Shown here piece after piece: positions 1-7,174 of a stretch of DNA of 32,000 bases. The stretch covers positions 114,325 to 146,324 of the forward strand of contig JAPLKZ010000010.1 of NCBI GenBank assembly GCA_026387835.1, written 5' to 3'. The position numbers and the translations under genes were made by a program. Within the stretch, counting starts at the first letter, position 1. Every line of letters starts with the position of its first letter. The stretch comes from Candidatus Saganbacteria bacterium (GTDB taxonomy: Bacteria > Margulisbacteria > WOR-1 > JAKLHX01). The notes beneath the pieces are model-generated. The model searched no databases and had not been told where the DNA came from. It saw only the letters and a program-made list of their open reading frames with translations.

Positions 1-769
1 CATCGACTTCGCCGGCTTCAAGTGCGATAAGCCTTGAATTCTCGTCGGGGATTATCTTAAATAATACCGATGAAAGAAGAGGGCTGCCTCCGTAGTATTT
101 TTCATTCCTCACCAGTGTCACATGGTCCCCCGACACCCATTCTTTAAAAATGAAAGGCCCTGTCCCTACCGGATGCTGGTTGAAAGAGGCCGAGTTGATG
201 TCCTTTCCGCGCAAAATATGCCCCGGAAGAATGCCCATGCCCATGCTCGCAAGAAAAGGAGCGAACGGTTTGGGAAGTATGGCTTGCATTATATAAGGTC
301 CGGCAACATTGAACTTTATCGGCTTTCCGTCGATCATGTAATCGCCCCTGCGGACCGAATTTACTTTCGGGTCAAGGATGGAATTAAAGGTGAATTTGAC
401 GTCCTGCGCGGTGAATTTTTTGCCGTCATGCCATAAGACATCATCCCTTAAATAGAAAATGTAGACCCTCCCGTCTTTTGAAACGGTCCACTTCCTTGCA
501 AGGTCCGGGATTATTTCAAGGCGTTCGTTCACTTTTGTAAGGCCCGAATATATGGGCCCCTCGACAGCCGAAGAAGAGCTGTCGGAAGACAGTACCGGGT
601 TGAGAATGGATATCTCGCCGCCAAGACAGAAGACCAGAGTGCCGTTCTTATCGATTTTTGTTTTTCCGTCGTTGGCGGCTGTATTGTTTTCACATAAACT
701 TGTCGTCTGACGGCATCCCAGGATGCCTAATAAGATCAGGATAAATATTGCTTTTACTGCTGTTTTCAA
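1..769 (-). CDS. ABC-transporter solute-binding lipoprotein, family 5 (peptide/nickel, OppA/DppA-like); 3' end lies beyond the left edge
   Basis: Absent from the ORF track because it runs off the window. My translation of the minus strand from TTG 769-767 gives MKTAVKAIFILILLGILGCRQTT (signal peptide plus lipobox-like ILGC). It continues ...GGEISILNPVLSSDSSSSAVEGPIYSGLTKVNERLEIIPDLARKWTVSKDGRVYIFYLRDDVLWHDGKKFTAQDVKFTFNSILDPKVNS...HPVGTGPFIFKEWVSGDHVTLVRNEKYYGG...FKIIPDENSRLIALEAGEVD, the characteristic N-terminal half of SBP_bac_5 proteins. GGAAGGG lies 8 nt upstream of the TTG. The frame is open to nt 2. Confidence 0.8.
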   Translation of the reverse strand, partial: MKTAVKAIFILILLGILGCRQTTSLCENNTAANDGKTKIDKNGTLVFCLGGEISILNPVLSSDSSSSAVEGPIYSGLTKVNERLEIIPDLARKWTVSKDGRVYIFYLRDDVLWHDGKKFTAQDVKFTFNSILDPKVNSVRRGDYMIDGKPIKFNVAGPYIMQAILPKPFAPFLASMGMGILPGHILRGKDINSASFNQHPVGTGPFIFKEWVSGDHVTLVRNEKYYGGSPLLSSVLFKIIPDENSRLIALEAGEVD

Positions 770-798
770 CGGAAATGCCCTTCCTGCCTTTTTATCCA

Positions 799-807
799 AT
801 TATATCA
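799..807 (-). promoter_or_regulatory. Candidate extended -10 promoter (TGATATAAT) for the solute-binding protein gene
   Basis: The reverse complement of 799-807 reads TGATATAAT, with the TGA being the pilin stop codon. The same 9-mer occurs at the metG promoter. It is followed by a 29-nt leader containing GGAAGGG and then TTG 769. The -35 is poor (AGGAAC). Confidence 0.4.
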
Positions 808-1224
808 GTCCAGGTTCGTCAGTTCCTGCACTTTTGATGTCCCGTTCTTTTTATATCCCGTGATCGTGTAGCCGTTCTTTGCCGCATCATACGTGTAAAT
901 TATTTTCCCAGCGGTATCTGACGCGGCATAAGCTTTTCCGGTAAAAGGGTTTTTGGGAACCGTGGTGTACCCTATTGCGCTAAGATAATTTTCGTAAAGA
1001 GTCTTTATCGGAATCTCCGTTGCGATGGGGAACGTCTCGTTCTCCATATTATAGGATTCTACGGCCAGCTGCACGGAATGCATCACCGATTTCACTCCGG
1101 CTTCCTTTGCTTTATCCTGCACGCCTACAAAAGTCGGCAGTAAAAACGCGGCAAGCATTCCGATGATCCCTATCACTACCAGAAGTTCTATCAAAGTGAA
1201 ACCTTTTTTTCTCTTCACTTTCAT
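805..1224 (-). CDS. Type IV pilin / T2SS pseudopilin-like protein (prepilin-type N-terminal cleavage/methylation domain)
   Basis: The N-terminus ..KVKRKKG|FTLIELLVVIGIIGMLAAFLLP has a basic leader, a G|F cleavage site, Glu at +5 and a roughly 20-aa hydrophobic helix. The start is ambiguous: GTG 1227 (ORF track), ATG 1224, or GTG 1218. The last gives MKRKKGFTLIE and sits 8 nt after GGAGG (1228-1232), the best SD spacing. Confidence 0.85.
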   Translation of the reverse strand: MKVKRKKGFTLIELLVVIGIIGMLAAFLLPTFVGVQDKAKEAGVKSVMHSVQLAVESYNMENETFPIATEIPIKTLYENYLSAIGYTTVPKNPFTGKAYAASDTAGKIIYTYDAAKNGYTITGYKKNGTSKVQELTNLD

Positions 1225-1243
1225 CACCTCCTTTCTTTATTGA

Positions 1244-1301
1244 CCACCCTCTCCCTCTCGCCCTGAGCCTGCCGAAGGGCTGGGAGAGGGAAGGGTGAGG
1301 G
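1244..1301 (-). promoter_or_regulatory. GC-rich imperfect stem-loop between the platform-protein stop and the pilin RBS (REP-like palindrome)
   Basis: CCCTCTCCC (1247-1255) is perfectly complementary to GGGAGAGGG (1282-1290). An inner GCCC (1260-1263) pairs with GGGC (1277-1280), with a 13-nt loop tgagcctgccgaa. CACCCT/AGGGTG gives an alternative register. No U-tract follows on the transcribed strand, so it is not a canonical terminator. Confidence 0.5.
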
Positions 1302-2288
1302 TTATAAACTTCCCATTATCTTCATCATCGGAGAGAACATCTGTATCACCACAAAGCCGACGACCGCTCCTACCAGTACTGTCGACAACGGTTCGACGAG
1401 CAGGGTAGCGGCTTTTATGTTCTCGTGCGCCTCTTCTTCAAGGATGTCGGCGGATCCTTCTAAAACATCTTCAAGGCAGGCGGATTCCTGCGCGGCAGCA
1501 AGGATCCTTGTCATATCGCTGTCAAAACACTTTTCGCCCCTGAAAGCATCCGACGGCGTGCAGCCGGACGATATTTTTTCGGCTACTTTTTGGAGCGCGC
1601 TTTTATATGTGACCGGCTTTACGGATTTTTCGGCATGCCCGAGCGCTTCCAGGAACGGCATCCCGGACCTCAGAAGCATGGAAATGTTCCTGCAGATCAT
1701 GGAAGTCTCCAGTTTTGCCGCGATCTTCCCGAAGAAAGGGATATTATATTTAACGAATTCCAACTCCCTGCGGAACATCCCTTTGCTGGTGCAGAATGAC
1801 AACACCGATATCGCAAAGATAATGACAATTCCGATCAGAGGCGTCATCTTTGAGATATTGCTCATGACTGCCAGCGATCTTGGCGGCGGCATCCCGAAAG
1901 AAATAAATATCTCGTTCATTTTGGGGATGCCTACAACTATGAAACCTATAAGCGTCATAAGGCTTGCCGAAAGTACTATCAGCGGATAAGCTAATGCTTT
2001 TGTCAGTTTGCTTCTAAATTCTTTTTTTCTTTCGAGGATCTGCGCGGCTTTCAGGAACATTGTGTCCAGCTCCCCTGTCCTCTCTCCTATTCTGACCAGG
2101 TCAATTACATCCCGGGAAAAGTACTGCTCTATCGAATCTGAGACGGCCTTTCCGTCCATTATCATCTCTGCCGCTTTTTCCGGAATATCGGCGATACCAA
2201 GAGCCTTTGCGAGCGGCACGCCTCCCTTGATAAGCCGCGACATCTGCCTGCATATCTTGATCTGTTCTTTTATGGATAATTGTTTCAT
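1302..2288 (-). CDS. Type II secretion system F family platform protein (PilC/GspF-like), short form (328 aa)
   Basis: It has two T2SSF-like halves. The first is ...ICRQMSRLIKGGVPLAKALG... and ...GERTGELDTMFLKAAQILERKKEFRSKLTKALAYPLIVLSASLMTLIGFIVVGIPKMNEIF. The second is ...ICRNISMLLRSGMPFLEALG...LVEPLSTVLVGAVVGFVVIQMFSPMMKI. The ATG abuts the tatD stop with 0-nt spacing. It is shorter at the N-terminus than typical ~400-aa PilC/GspF. Confidence 0.8.
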   Translation of the reverse strand: MKQLSIKEQIKICRQMSRLIKGGVPLAKALGIADIPEKAAEMIMDGKAVSDSIEQYFSRDVIDLVRIGERTGELDTMFLKAAQILERKKEFRSKLTKALAYPLIVLSASLMTLIGFIVVGIPKMNEIFISFGMPPPRSLAVMSNISKMTPLIGIVIIFAISVLSFCTSKGMFRRELEFVKYNIPFFGKIAAKLETSMICRNISMLLRSGMPFLEALGHAEKSVKPVTYKSALQKVAEKISSGCTPSDAFRGEKCFDSDMTRILAAAQESACLEDVLEGSADILEEEAHENIKAATLLVEPLSTVLVGAVVGFVVIQMFSPMMKIMGSL

Positions 2289-3053
2289 TTAGGAAAGTTT
2301 AAAAAACGCCTCGGCGTTTCTTGAAGTTCTTTCGGCTATAATTTCGACCGGGATATTTTTTATTTCGGCCAGTTTTTCCGCAACGGACCGGACATAAGAC
2401 GGCTCGTTCCTTTTTCCCCGCATCGCCTGCGGCGCAAGATACGGACAGTCGGTCTCGAGCATGATACTCTCAAGCGGCACATATCCGGCCACTGTCCGCA
2501 CATTGTGAGCGTTCTTGAACGTTATCACCGCGGTGAAAGATACCATTAACCCCATTTCCAGGACCTTTGCGGCAAACTCCCTGTCTGAAGAAAAACAGTG
2601 GAATACACCTTTGATCCTGCCCTGGCCGTGTTCTTTTATGATCTCGATCATGTCGCCGTCCGCGTCCCTGCCGTGGAAGATAAGCGGGAGACCGAGCTCT
2701 TTTGCCAGCTCGATATGTCGGGCAAAAGCTTTTTTCTGAACTTCTTTAGGTACCGGGTTCTCAAAATAATCAAGCCCCGTCTCTCCTATAGCCACGACTT
2801 TATTATTTGCGGCAAGCTCTCTTAATCCGTTTATAGACGCGTCATCGACAAAGTCCGCGTGATGAGGATGTATCCCCACCGAGGCAAAGATCATGTCATG
2901 CTCTTTTGCCAGACTAACACTTTTTTTTGACGATTCGAGATCAAAGGAAGCATTTATTATTTTAGTGACGCCGTTGTCCTTTGCTCTCTTCAGGACTTCA
3001 GGGAGGTCGGTAAATTCATCCATCGTAAGATGCGCGTGAGTGTCGATATACAT
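2289..3053 (-). CDS. tatD: TatD-family metal-dependent hydrolase/DNase
   Basis: The N-terminus MYIDTHAHLTMDEF carries the DTHxHL metal motif. Also present are SVGIHPHH, AIGETGLDY, IFHGRDA, GVFHCFS and ETDCPYLAP, the full TatD motif series. Confidence 0.9.
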   Translation of the reverse strand: MYIDTHAHLTMDEFTDLPEVLKRAKDNGVTKIINASFDLESSKKSVSLAKEHDMIFASVGIHPHHADFVDDASINGLRELAANNKVVAIGETGLDYFENPVPKEVQKKAFARHIELAKELGLPLIFHGRDADGDMIEIIKEHGQGRIKGVFHCFSSDREFAAKVLEMGLMVSFTAVITFKNAHNVRTVAGYVPLESIMLETDCPYLAPQAMRGKRNEPSYVRSVAEKLAEIKNIPVEIIAERTSRNAEAFFKLS

Positions 3054-3064
3054 ATGCTTTGGGA

Positions 3065-4558
3065 TTAGTCCTGTTTTTCGATCCTGGGAAAAAGCGGTTT
3101 TCCTTTATTGATCTTTTCTGAACCCGGTTCAAGGCCAAGCTGTTTTTTCATTTCCACGCAGGTTGAGGGCATGAAAGGCGCTATCAGGTCGGATACCACC
3201 TTCAAGACCTCGAACAGATTGCCGAGGACTGTTGAGAGCTCTTCTTTTTTACCGTTCTTTGCAAGAGACCAGGGAGCCTGTTTCTCAATATAATTGTTTG
3301 AAAGACTTATCAGGTCGAATATACACGACAGCGCCTCGGTCAAAGCGATCTTGTCCATGCATATTGCATATTTTCTCGGCGTGTCTTTGATTAGCTCTGT
3401 CATCTCCCTGTCCAGACCGTTCATTTTATCGTTTTTTTGAGAAGGGACTTTCCCGTCAAAATATTTCTCTATCATTGTCAGCGTCCTGCTCAAAAGATTG
3501 CCAAGATCGTTCGCGAGATCGGCATTATAGCGTTTTATCAGATTTTCCCTTGAATAATCGCCGTCAACTCCGAAAGGCACTTCCCTTATCAGAAAATATC
3601 TCACGCCGTCAAGGCCGAATTCCTGTGACAGGGCTATCGGATCGACAACGTTGCCTTTTGATTTGCTCATCTTGCCGCCCTCGACCGTCCACCAGCCGTG
3701 TCCGAATACTTTTTCAGGCAACGGCAGGTCCAGAGCCATCAGCATCGCCGGCCAGATGACGGCATGGAATCTCACGATCTCTTTTCCCATGAGATGAAGG
3801 TCCGCGGGCCATAGTTTTTTGAATCTTTCTTCGTCCCATGTATAGCCTATGGCGGAAATATAGTTTATCAGCGCGTCGAACCACACATATATGACATGCT
3901 TAGGGTCAAATGGCACCGTGACACCCCACGAAAAATTGGTCCTGCTCACATTGATGTCCTTGAGCCCGCTCTCGATGAAACGCATGACCTCGTTCCTTCT
4001 TGACTGAGGGCAGATAAAGTCGCTGTGGCTTTCAATATATTTGAGCAGCCCGTCCTGATATTTTGACAGTTTGAAGAAGTAGGCTTCTTCTTTCGTATTT
4101 TTCACGGGTCTTCCGCAATCCGGACAGTTTTCTTTTCCGTCAAGCTGGAAAGCCGTCCAGTACGATTCGCACTGAGCGCAATACCACCCTTCGTACTCGC
4201 TTAAATATATATCGCCTTTTTCATGAAGTTTCTCGAATATCTTCTGCACGGTCTCCTCGTGACGGCTGTCCGTGGTCCTGATAAAACCGTCGTAAGTTAT
4301 GCCCAGTTTTTTCCACGCTTCGATGAACTTTTGTGCCATTATGTCCACATGCTCTTTCGGCGACCTGCCCGCTTCTGCTGCTGCCTGAGCAATTTTCATG
4401 CCATGTTCGTCGGTCCCGGTCAAAAAGAACACCTTATATCCCTGGCTTCTCTTCCATCTCGCAAGTACATCCGCAGCAATTTGAGTATAACTATGCCCGA
4501 TATGGGGCACATCATTCACGTAATAAACGGGTGTTGTAATGTAGTATTTAGACTTCAT
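3065..4558 (-). CDS. metG: Methionine--tRNA ligase (short, ~497 aa form)
   Basis: YITTPVYYVNDVPHIGHSYT (HIGH motif), KMSKSKGN (KMSKS motif), and a Zn knuckle CAQCE...CPDCG. The ORF track starts at TTG 4564. I prefer ATG 4558 (MKSKYYITTP) because TGaTATAAT sits exactly 8 nt upstream of it. Confidence 0.95.
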   Translation of the reverse strand: MKSKYYITTPVYYVNDVPHIGHSYTQIAADVLARWKRSQGYKVFFLTGTDEHGMKIAQAAAEAGRSPKEHVDIMAQKFIEAWKKLGITYDGFIRTTDSRHEETVQKIFEKLHEKGDIYLSEYEGWYCAQCESYWTAFQLDGKENCPDCGRPVKNTKEEAYFFKLSKYQDGLLKYIESHSDFICPQSRRNEVMRFIESGLKDINVSRTNFSWGVTVPFDPKHVIYVWFDALINYISAIGYTWDEERFKKLWPADLHLMGKEIVRFHAVIWPAMLMALDLPLPEKVFGHGWWTVEGGKMSKSKGNVVDPIALSQEFGLDGVRYFLIREVPFGVDGDYSRENLIKRYNADLANDLGNLLSRTLTMIEKYFDGKVPSQKNDKMNGLDREMTELIKDTPRKYAICMDKIALTEALSCIFDLISLSNNYIEKQAPWSLAKNGKKEELSTVLGNLFEVLKVVSDLIAPFMPSTCVEMKKQLGLEPGSEKINKGKPLFPRIEKQD

Positions 4559-4566
4559 ATTCAAAA

Positions 4567-4575
4567 ATTATATCA
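4567..4575 (-). promoter_or_regulatory. Extended -10 promoter TGATATAAT, 8 nt upstream of the metG ATG (leaderless-type)
   Basis: The minus strand reads gTGaTATAAT-ttttgaat-ATG(4558). There is no SD sequence between the -10 and the ATG. Confidence 0.55.
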
Positions 4576-4582
4576 CTTTTAT

Positions 4583-4636
4583 GGGTGCTTGCACCGAGCG
4601 AAGGAGCAATAGCGACTGAGTCGAGGTGTCGAAAAT
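4583..4636. repeat. Copy of a dispersed short repeat (GGTGCTTGCACYGAGC...TCGAGGTG...TCGAA) related to the argF 5' end and to 17741-17809
   Basis: gggtgcttgcaccgagc[gaaggagcaatagcgactgag]tcgaggtgtcgaaaat compares with 17751-17800, ggtgcttgcactgagctttgtcgaggtgcttgcactgagctttgtcgaa, and with 17036-17058, gatgcttgcaccgagccttgtcg. The core GGTGC-TT-GCACC is a 5+5 inverted repeat. Confidence 0.6.
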
Positions 4637-4650
4637 CCCTACACTCTATC

Positions 4651-5784
4651 CTAATTTTCTACAGGGAATAATATCCTGACATGCGTCACGTTCTTCAGCG
4701 CGGTGTTCGCCCAGTCGGGAAGCTGCTTGCGCAGATCAGGATCGATCCAGAGCCGCGGCATCGGCTGCCAGCCGATATCATTGATCTTGACTTCTACGAG
4801 AAATCTTTTTAAAAGGTCCTCGCTCCATGTCTTTGAATCCAGGTCCATCGGCTTATATCTGGGCTGAAGATAGAGTGAAAATAACGGTGGCTGGCCTTCA
4901 AGGGTCTTTCCAAATATCGATGTCGGCCCTATAACCATCCACTGCGTCATGATCCTTGCGTTCAACATCTCCGGGCTCATCCCGTGCCTTGATGGGATTA
5001 TCTGGAAACCTCCGACCCTTCCCATAGGAGATGTTGAAACATCTATCACGCCCGTATGGTTTGCCCTAATGCGGCCCACATCGGCAAATTGGGTCCCCTG
5101 AAAACGCCCGATGCCCTGTACCGGCTTTAAGACTTCTCCTATCACGCTTTCCTCGTCTCCGCCGTAGTCTATACGTATCTTCCCTCCGAATTTATTCTCA
5201 AATATGATCGCTCTCGGGTAAGAAACAGGCCTTATGACAGAAATAATTATCGTTTGGCCTATATTAGGCACATAACCTTCCGTGATCTCCTTTATTTCTT
5301 TAAACTCATCTATGTAGCTGACGGGATTGCCTACTATCGGCGCAAAATCCCCGCCGAATATGGAGGTGCCTGCCGGAATATTTGTATATATCGAAGAATC
5401 CGGGCTCAGGAAAGAATTATAATATTCCGGAGGGTTCAGCATATCGGCCGGTATTATCGAAAATACCACGCCTTTGCCCTCTTCGGTGTTGGTCCCCGTC
5501 CTTATATGTATAGCATTGACCGCCGTTGCCGCGACAGCTCCGACACTAGCCCATTTGCTTGCAGTGTAACCGTCCCTGTTGACCTTCTGGCACGGATACA
5601 GGACTTTTCCGACTGCTTCCCAGCTGTTGCCTCCGTCCCTGCTCACTGCAACAATGCCGTTCTGCCTGTTCTCTACGGATATCCTGTAGATCTCCGCGGA
5701 CTTCACTGTCTTCTCAGCGGCGAACGAGATATGATACAGGATCAAGATCATTAAAAACGACAGCAATAATATTTTTTTCTTCAT
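4651..5784 (-). CDS. Secreted hypothetical protein with one Asp-box (BNR) motif
   Basis: It has a signal peptide MKKKILLLSFLMILILYHISFAAEK. VSRDGGNSWEAVG fits the Asp-box SxDxGxxW. I recognise no other family. The ATG lies 1 nt after the permease stop (TAAcATG). Confidence 0.6.
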   Translation of the reverse strand: MKKKILLLSFLMILILYHISFAAEKTVKSAEIYRISVENRQNGIVAVSRDGGNSWEAVGKVLYPCQKVNRDGYTASKWASVGAVAATAVNAIHIRTGTNTEEGKGVVFSIIPADMLNPPEYYNSFLSPDSSIYTNIPAGTSIFGGDFAPIVGNPVSYIDEFKEIKEITEGYVPNIGQTIIISVIRPVSYPRAIIFENKFGGKIRIDYGGDEESVIGEVLKPVQGIGRFQGTQFADVGRIRANHTGVIDVSTSPMGRVGGFQIIPSRHGMSPEMLNARIMTQWMVIGPTSIFGKTLEGQPPLFSLYLQPRYKPMDLDSKTWSEDLLKRFLVEVKINDIGWQPMPRLWIDPDLRKQLPDWANTALKNVTHVRILFPVEN

Positions 5785-5785
5785 G

Positions 5786-7078
5786 TTAGAAATATCTGAA
5801 GGCCGCTATTGCAAGTCCGGCTACCGCCAATATCCATATGTATAATATCGTCCTTTTCAGGATATCCTGGACGTTGATGTTCAAATAATTCGCTATCCAG
5901 ACGTTCTGCGTGTTAGTCGGGTCGCATACGCCCTGTATCTGGCCGACGCTCATCAGGGCCGCCATTATAGCTACGGGAGGCATGACATTTGAGGTGACCA
6001 TGAGCCCGATAAGTCCCGCGCCCATTCCCCAGATATTCAACGGTCCCCTGTACAGTGTGAGCGGTGAAAGCACTGCAAAGAACAGGACATAATACAGCGG
6101 GCTTGAGGGAAGTATCTTTACCAGCACGGGGGAAAGAGATGACGTGACATTCGGGTTCATCACTGCATTGAGAAGCATGCCGATCCCTATTATCAAAGCG
6201 ACGGCAGGGCCGACAGAGTTGATCCCTTCATATATAGATCTGCTCAGGAGATTTACGCTGTCTTTCCTGAGTGTCGTCAGGAATCCGTATAAAAGCCCGA
6301 TCACCATCGCTGTTATTATTGGGAATTCATAAGGATTTGCGGGTTTTGCTAAAATATTGTAGACCGAAAAGCCAAGTACAAGGACCAGAGGTATCACGGG
6401 CGTCAGGGCCGCGTACCAGGAAACGAACTTTGGTCTTTCTTCCTCAGTTTTTTCTGTCCATCCTATCGAAGTCCCGTGCCTTTTTATTTCTATGAAAAGG
6501 AACAGCACCGTGACAACAGAAAAACACAGGCCCAGAGGTATCGCGAACCTGAATATCTGGTCCTGCGAAAGCCCCAGGACGCTTATATAAAGCTGCCAGT
6601 TGATCAGGTTGAATATCCCGCCAAGGCTCATCCCGATCAGAAAGACACAACCTGTGACTATCCTGGGCAGCCCGATCGAAAGCATTATAGGAAGCACTAT
6701 CGTCGCGACCATTATCACCGAGCCAAGCCCTCCGAGGACCGAAAAAAGCACCGCCACCACCGCGGTGAGGACTATTGACACAAGAAAAGGATTGTCGCCC
6801 GATAGTTCGGCGACTTTCTTTATAAGTGTTTCCGCGATGCCGGACCTGCTCACGAACTGTGAGAGCATGGAACCGAAAATAATGACGATTATCGGTGTGC
6901 TCAGACGCGTCGCGCCGTCAGCGATCACTTTTGTCGAGACATCGGCCGGCGACAGGCCCGAGACAAAAGCTATCAGGACCGCCATCACCGGGAGTGCTAT
7001 CAAGGCCGGGACTTTGTTCAGGTACATAAGGACGGCGAAAATGATGAAGATAAGGAAGATGACAGAAAAAAGTATCAT
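5786..7078 (-). CDS. Polytopic inner-membrane permease (ion-transporter superfamily; GntP/CitMHS-like by N-terminal pattern)
   Basis: A 430-aa protein that is almost entirely hydrophobic helices. The N-terminus resembles GntP/CitMHS-type carriers: ...ALPVMAVLIAFVSGLSPADVSTKVIADGATRLSTPIIVIIFGSMLSQFVSRSGIAETLIKKVAELSG. The substrate cannot be called. Confidence 0.65.
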   Translation of the reverse strand: MILFSVIFLIFIIFAVLMYLNKVPALIALPVMAVLIAFVSGLSPADVSTKVIADGATRLSTPIIVIIFGSMLSQFVSRSGIAETLIKKVAELSGDNPFLVSIVLTAVVAVLFSVLGGLGSVIMVATIVLPIMLSIGLPRIVTGCVFLIGMSLGGIFNLINWQLYISVLGLSQDQIFRFAIPLGLCFSVVTVLFLFIEIKRHGTSIGWTEKTEEERPKFVSWYAALTPVIPLVLVLGFSVYNILAKPANPYEFPIITAMVIGLLYGFLTTLRKDSVNLLSRSIYEGINSVGPAVALIIGIGMLLNAVMNPNVTSSLSPVLVKILPSSPLYYVLFFAVLSPLTLYRGPLNIWGMGAGLIGLMVTSNVMPPVAIMAALMSVGQIQGVCDPTNTQNVWIANYLNINVQDILKRTILYIWILAVAGLAIAAFRYF

Positions 7079-7086
7079 GATTAGAG

Positions 7087-7115
7087 ATTATAACATGATA
7101 TATATTAAGTGTGAA
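7087..7115 (-). promoter_or_regulatory. Sigma70-type promoter TTCACA-N17-(TGt)TATAAT, 8 nt upstream of the permease ATG (leaderless-type)
   Basis: On the minus strand, TTCACA (7115-7110), a 17-nt spacer ending in TGt (7095-7093), TATAAT (7092-7087), ctctaatc, then ATG (7078). There is no SD. Confidence 0.6.
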
Positions 7116-7124
7116 GAATTCTTC

Positions 7125-7154
7125 AATAAAAAAGGCCGGACAAGCCGGCCTTTT
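7125..7154 (-). terminator. Rho-independent terminator after the PGI-like gene
   Basis: GGCCGG (7134-7139) pairs with CCGGCC (7145-7150) around a 5-nt loop, extended by A:T pairs. On the minus-strand RNA the stem is followed by UUUUUU (7133-7128). It lies 21 nt downstream of the stop at 7175. Confidence 0.85.
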
Positions 7155-7174
7155 AACAAAGTTAAATTATCCCA

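Noticed and set aside
122-436. 104-aa plus-strand ORF from the track
   Set aside because: It is antisense to a well-supported minus-strand family-5 solute-binding protein gene. Its sequence is Arg/Pro/His-rich with no recognisable features, so it is a shadow ORF.
1417-2292. Plus-strand ORFs of 190, 69 and 94 aa overlapping the PilC/GspF-like gene
   Set aside because: All lie antisense within a gene with clear family motifs. Their Ser/Pro/Cys-rich composition is typical of shadow frames.
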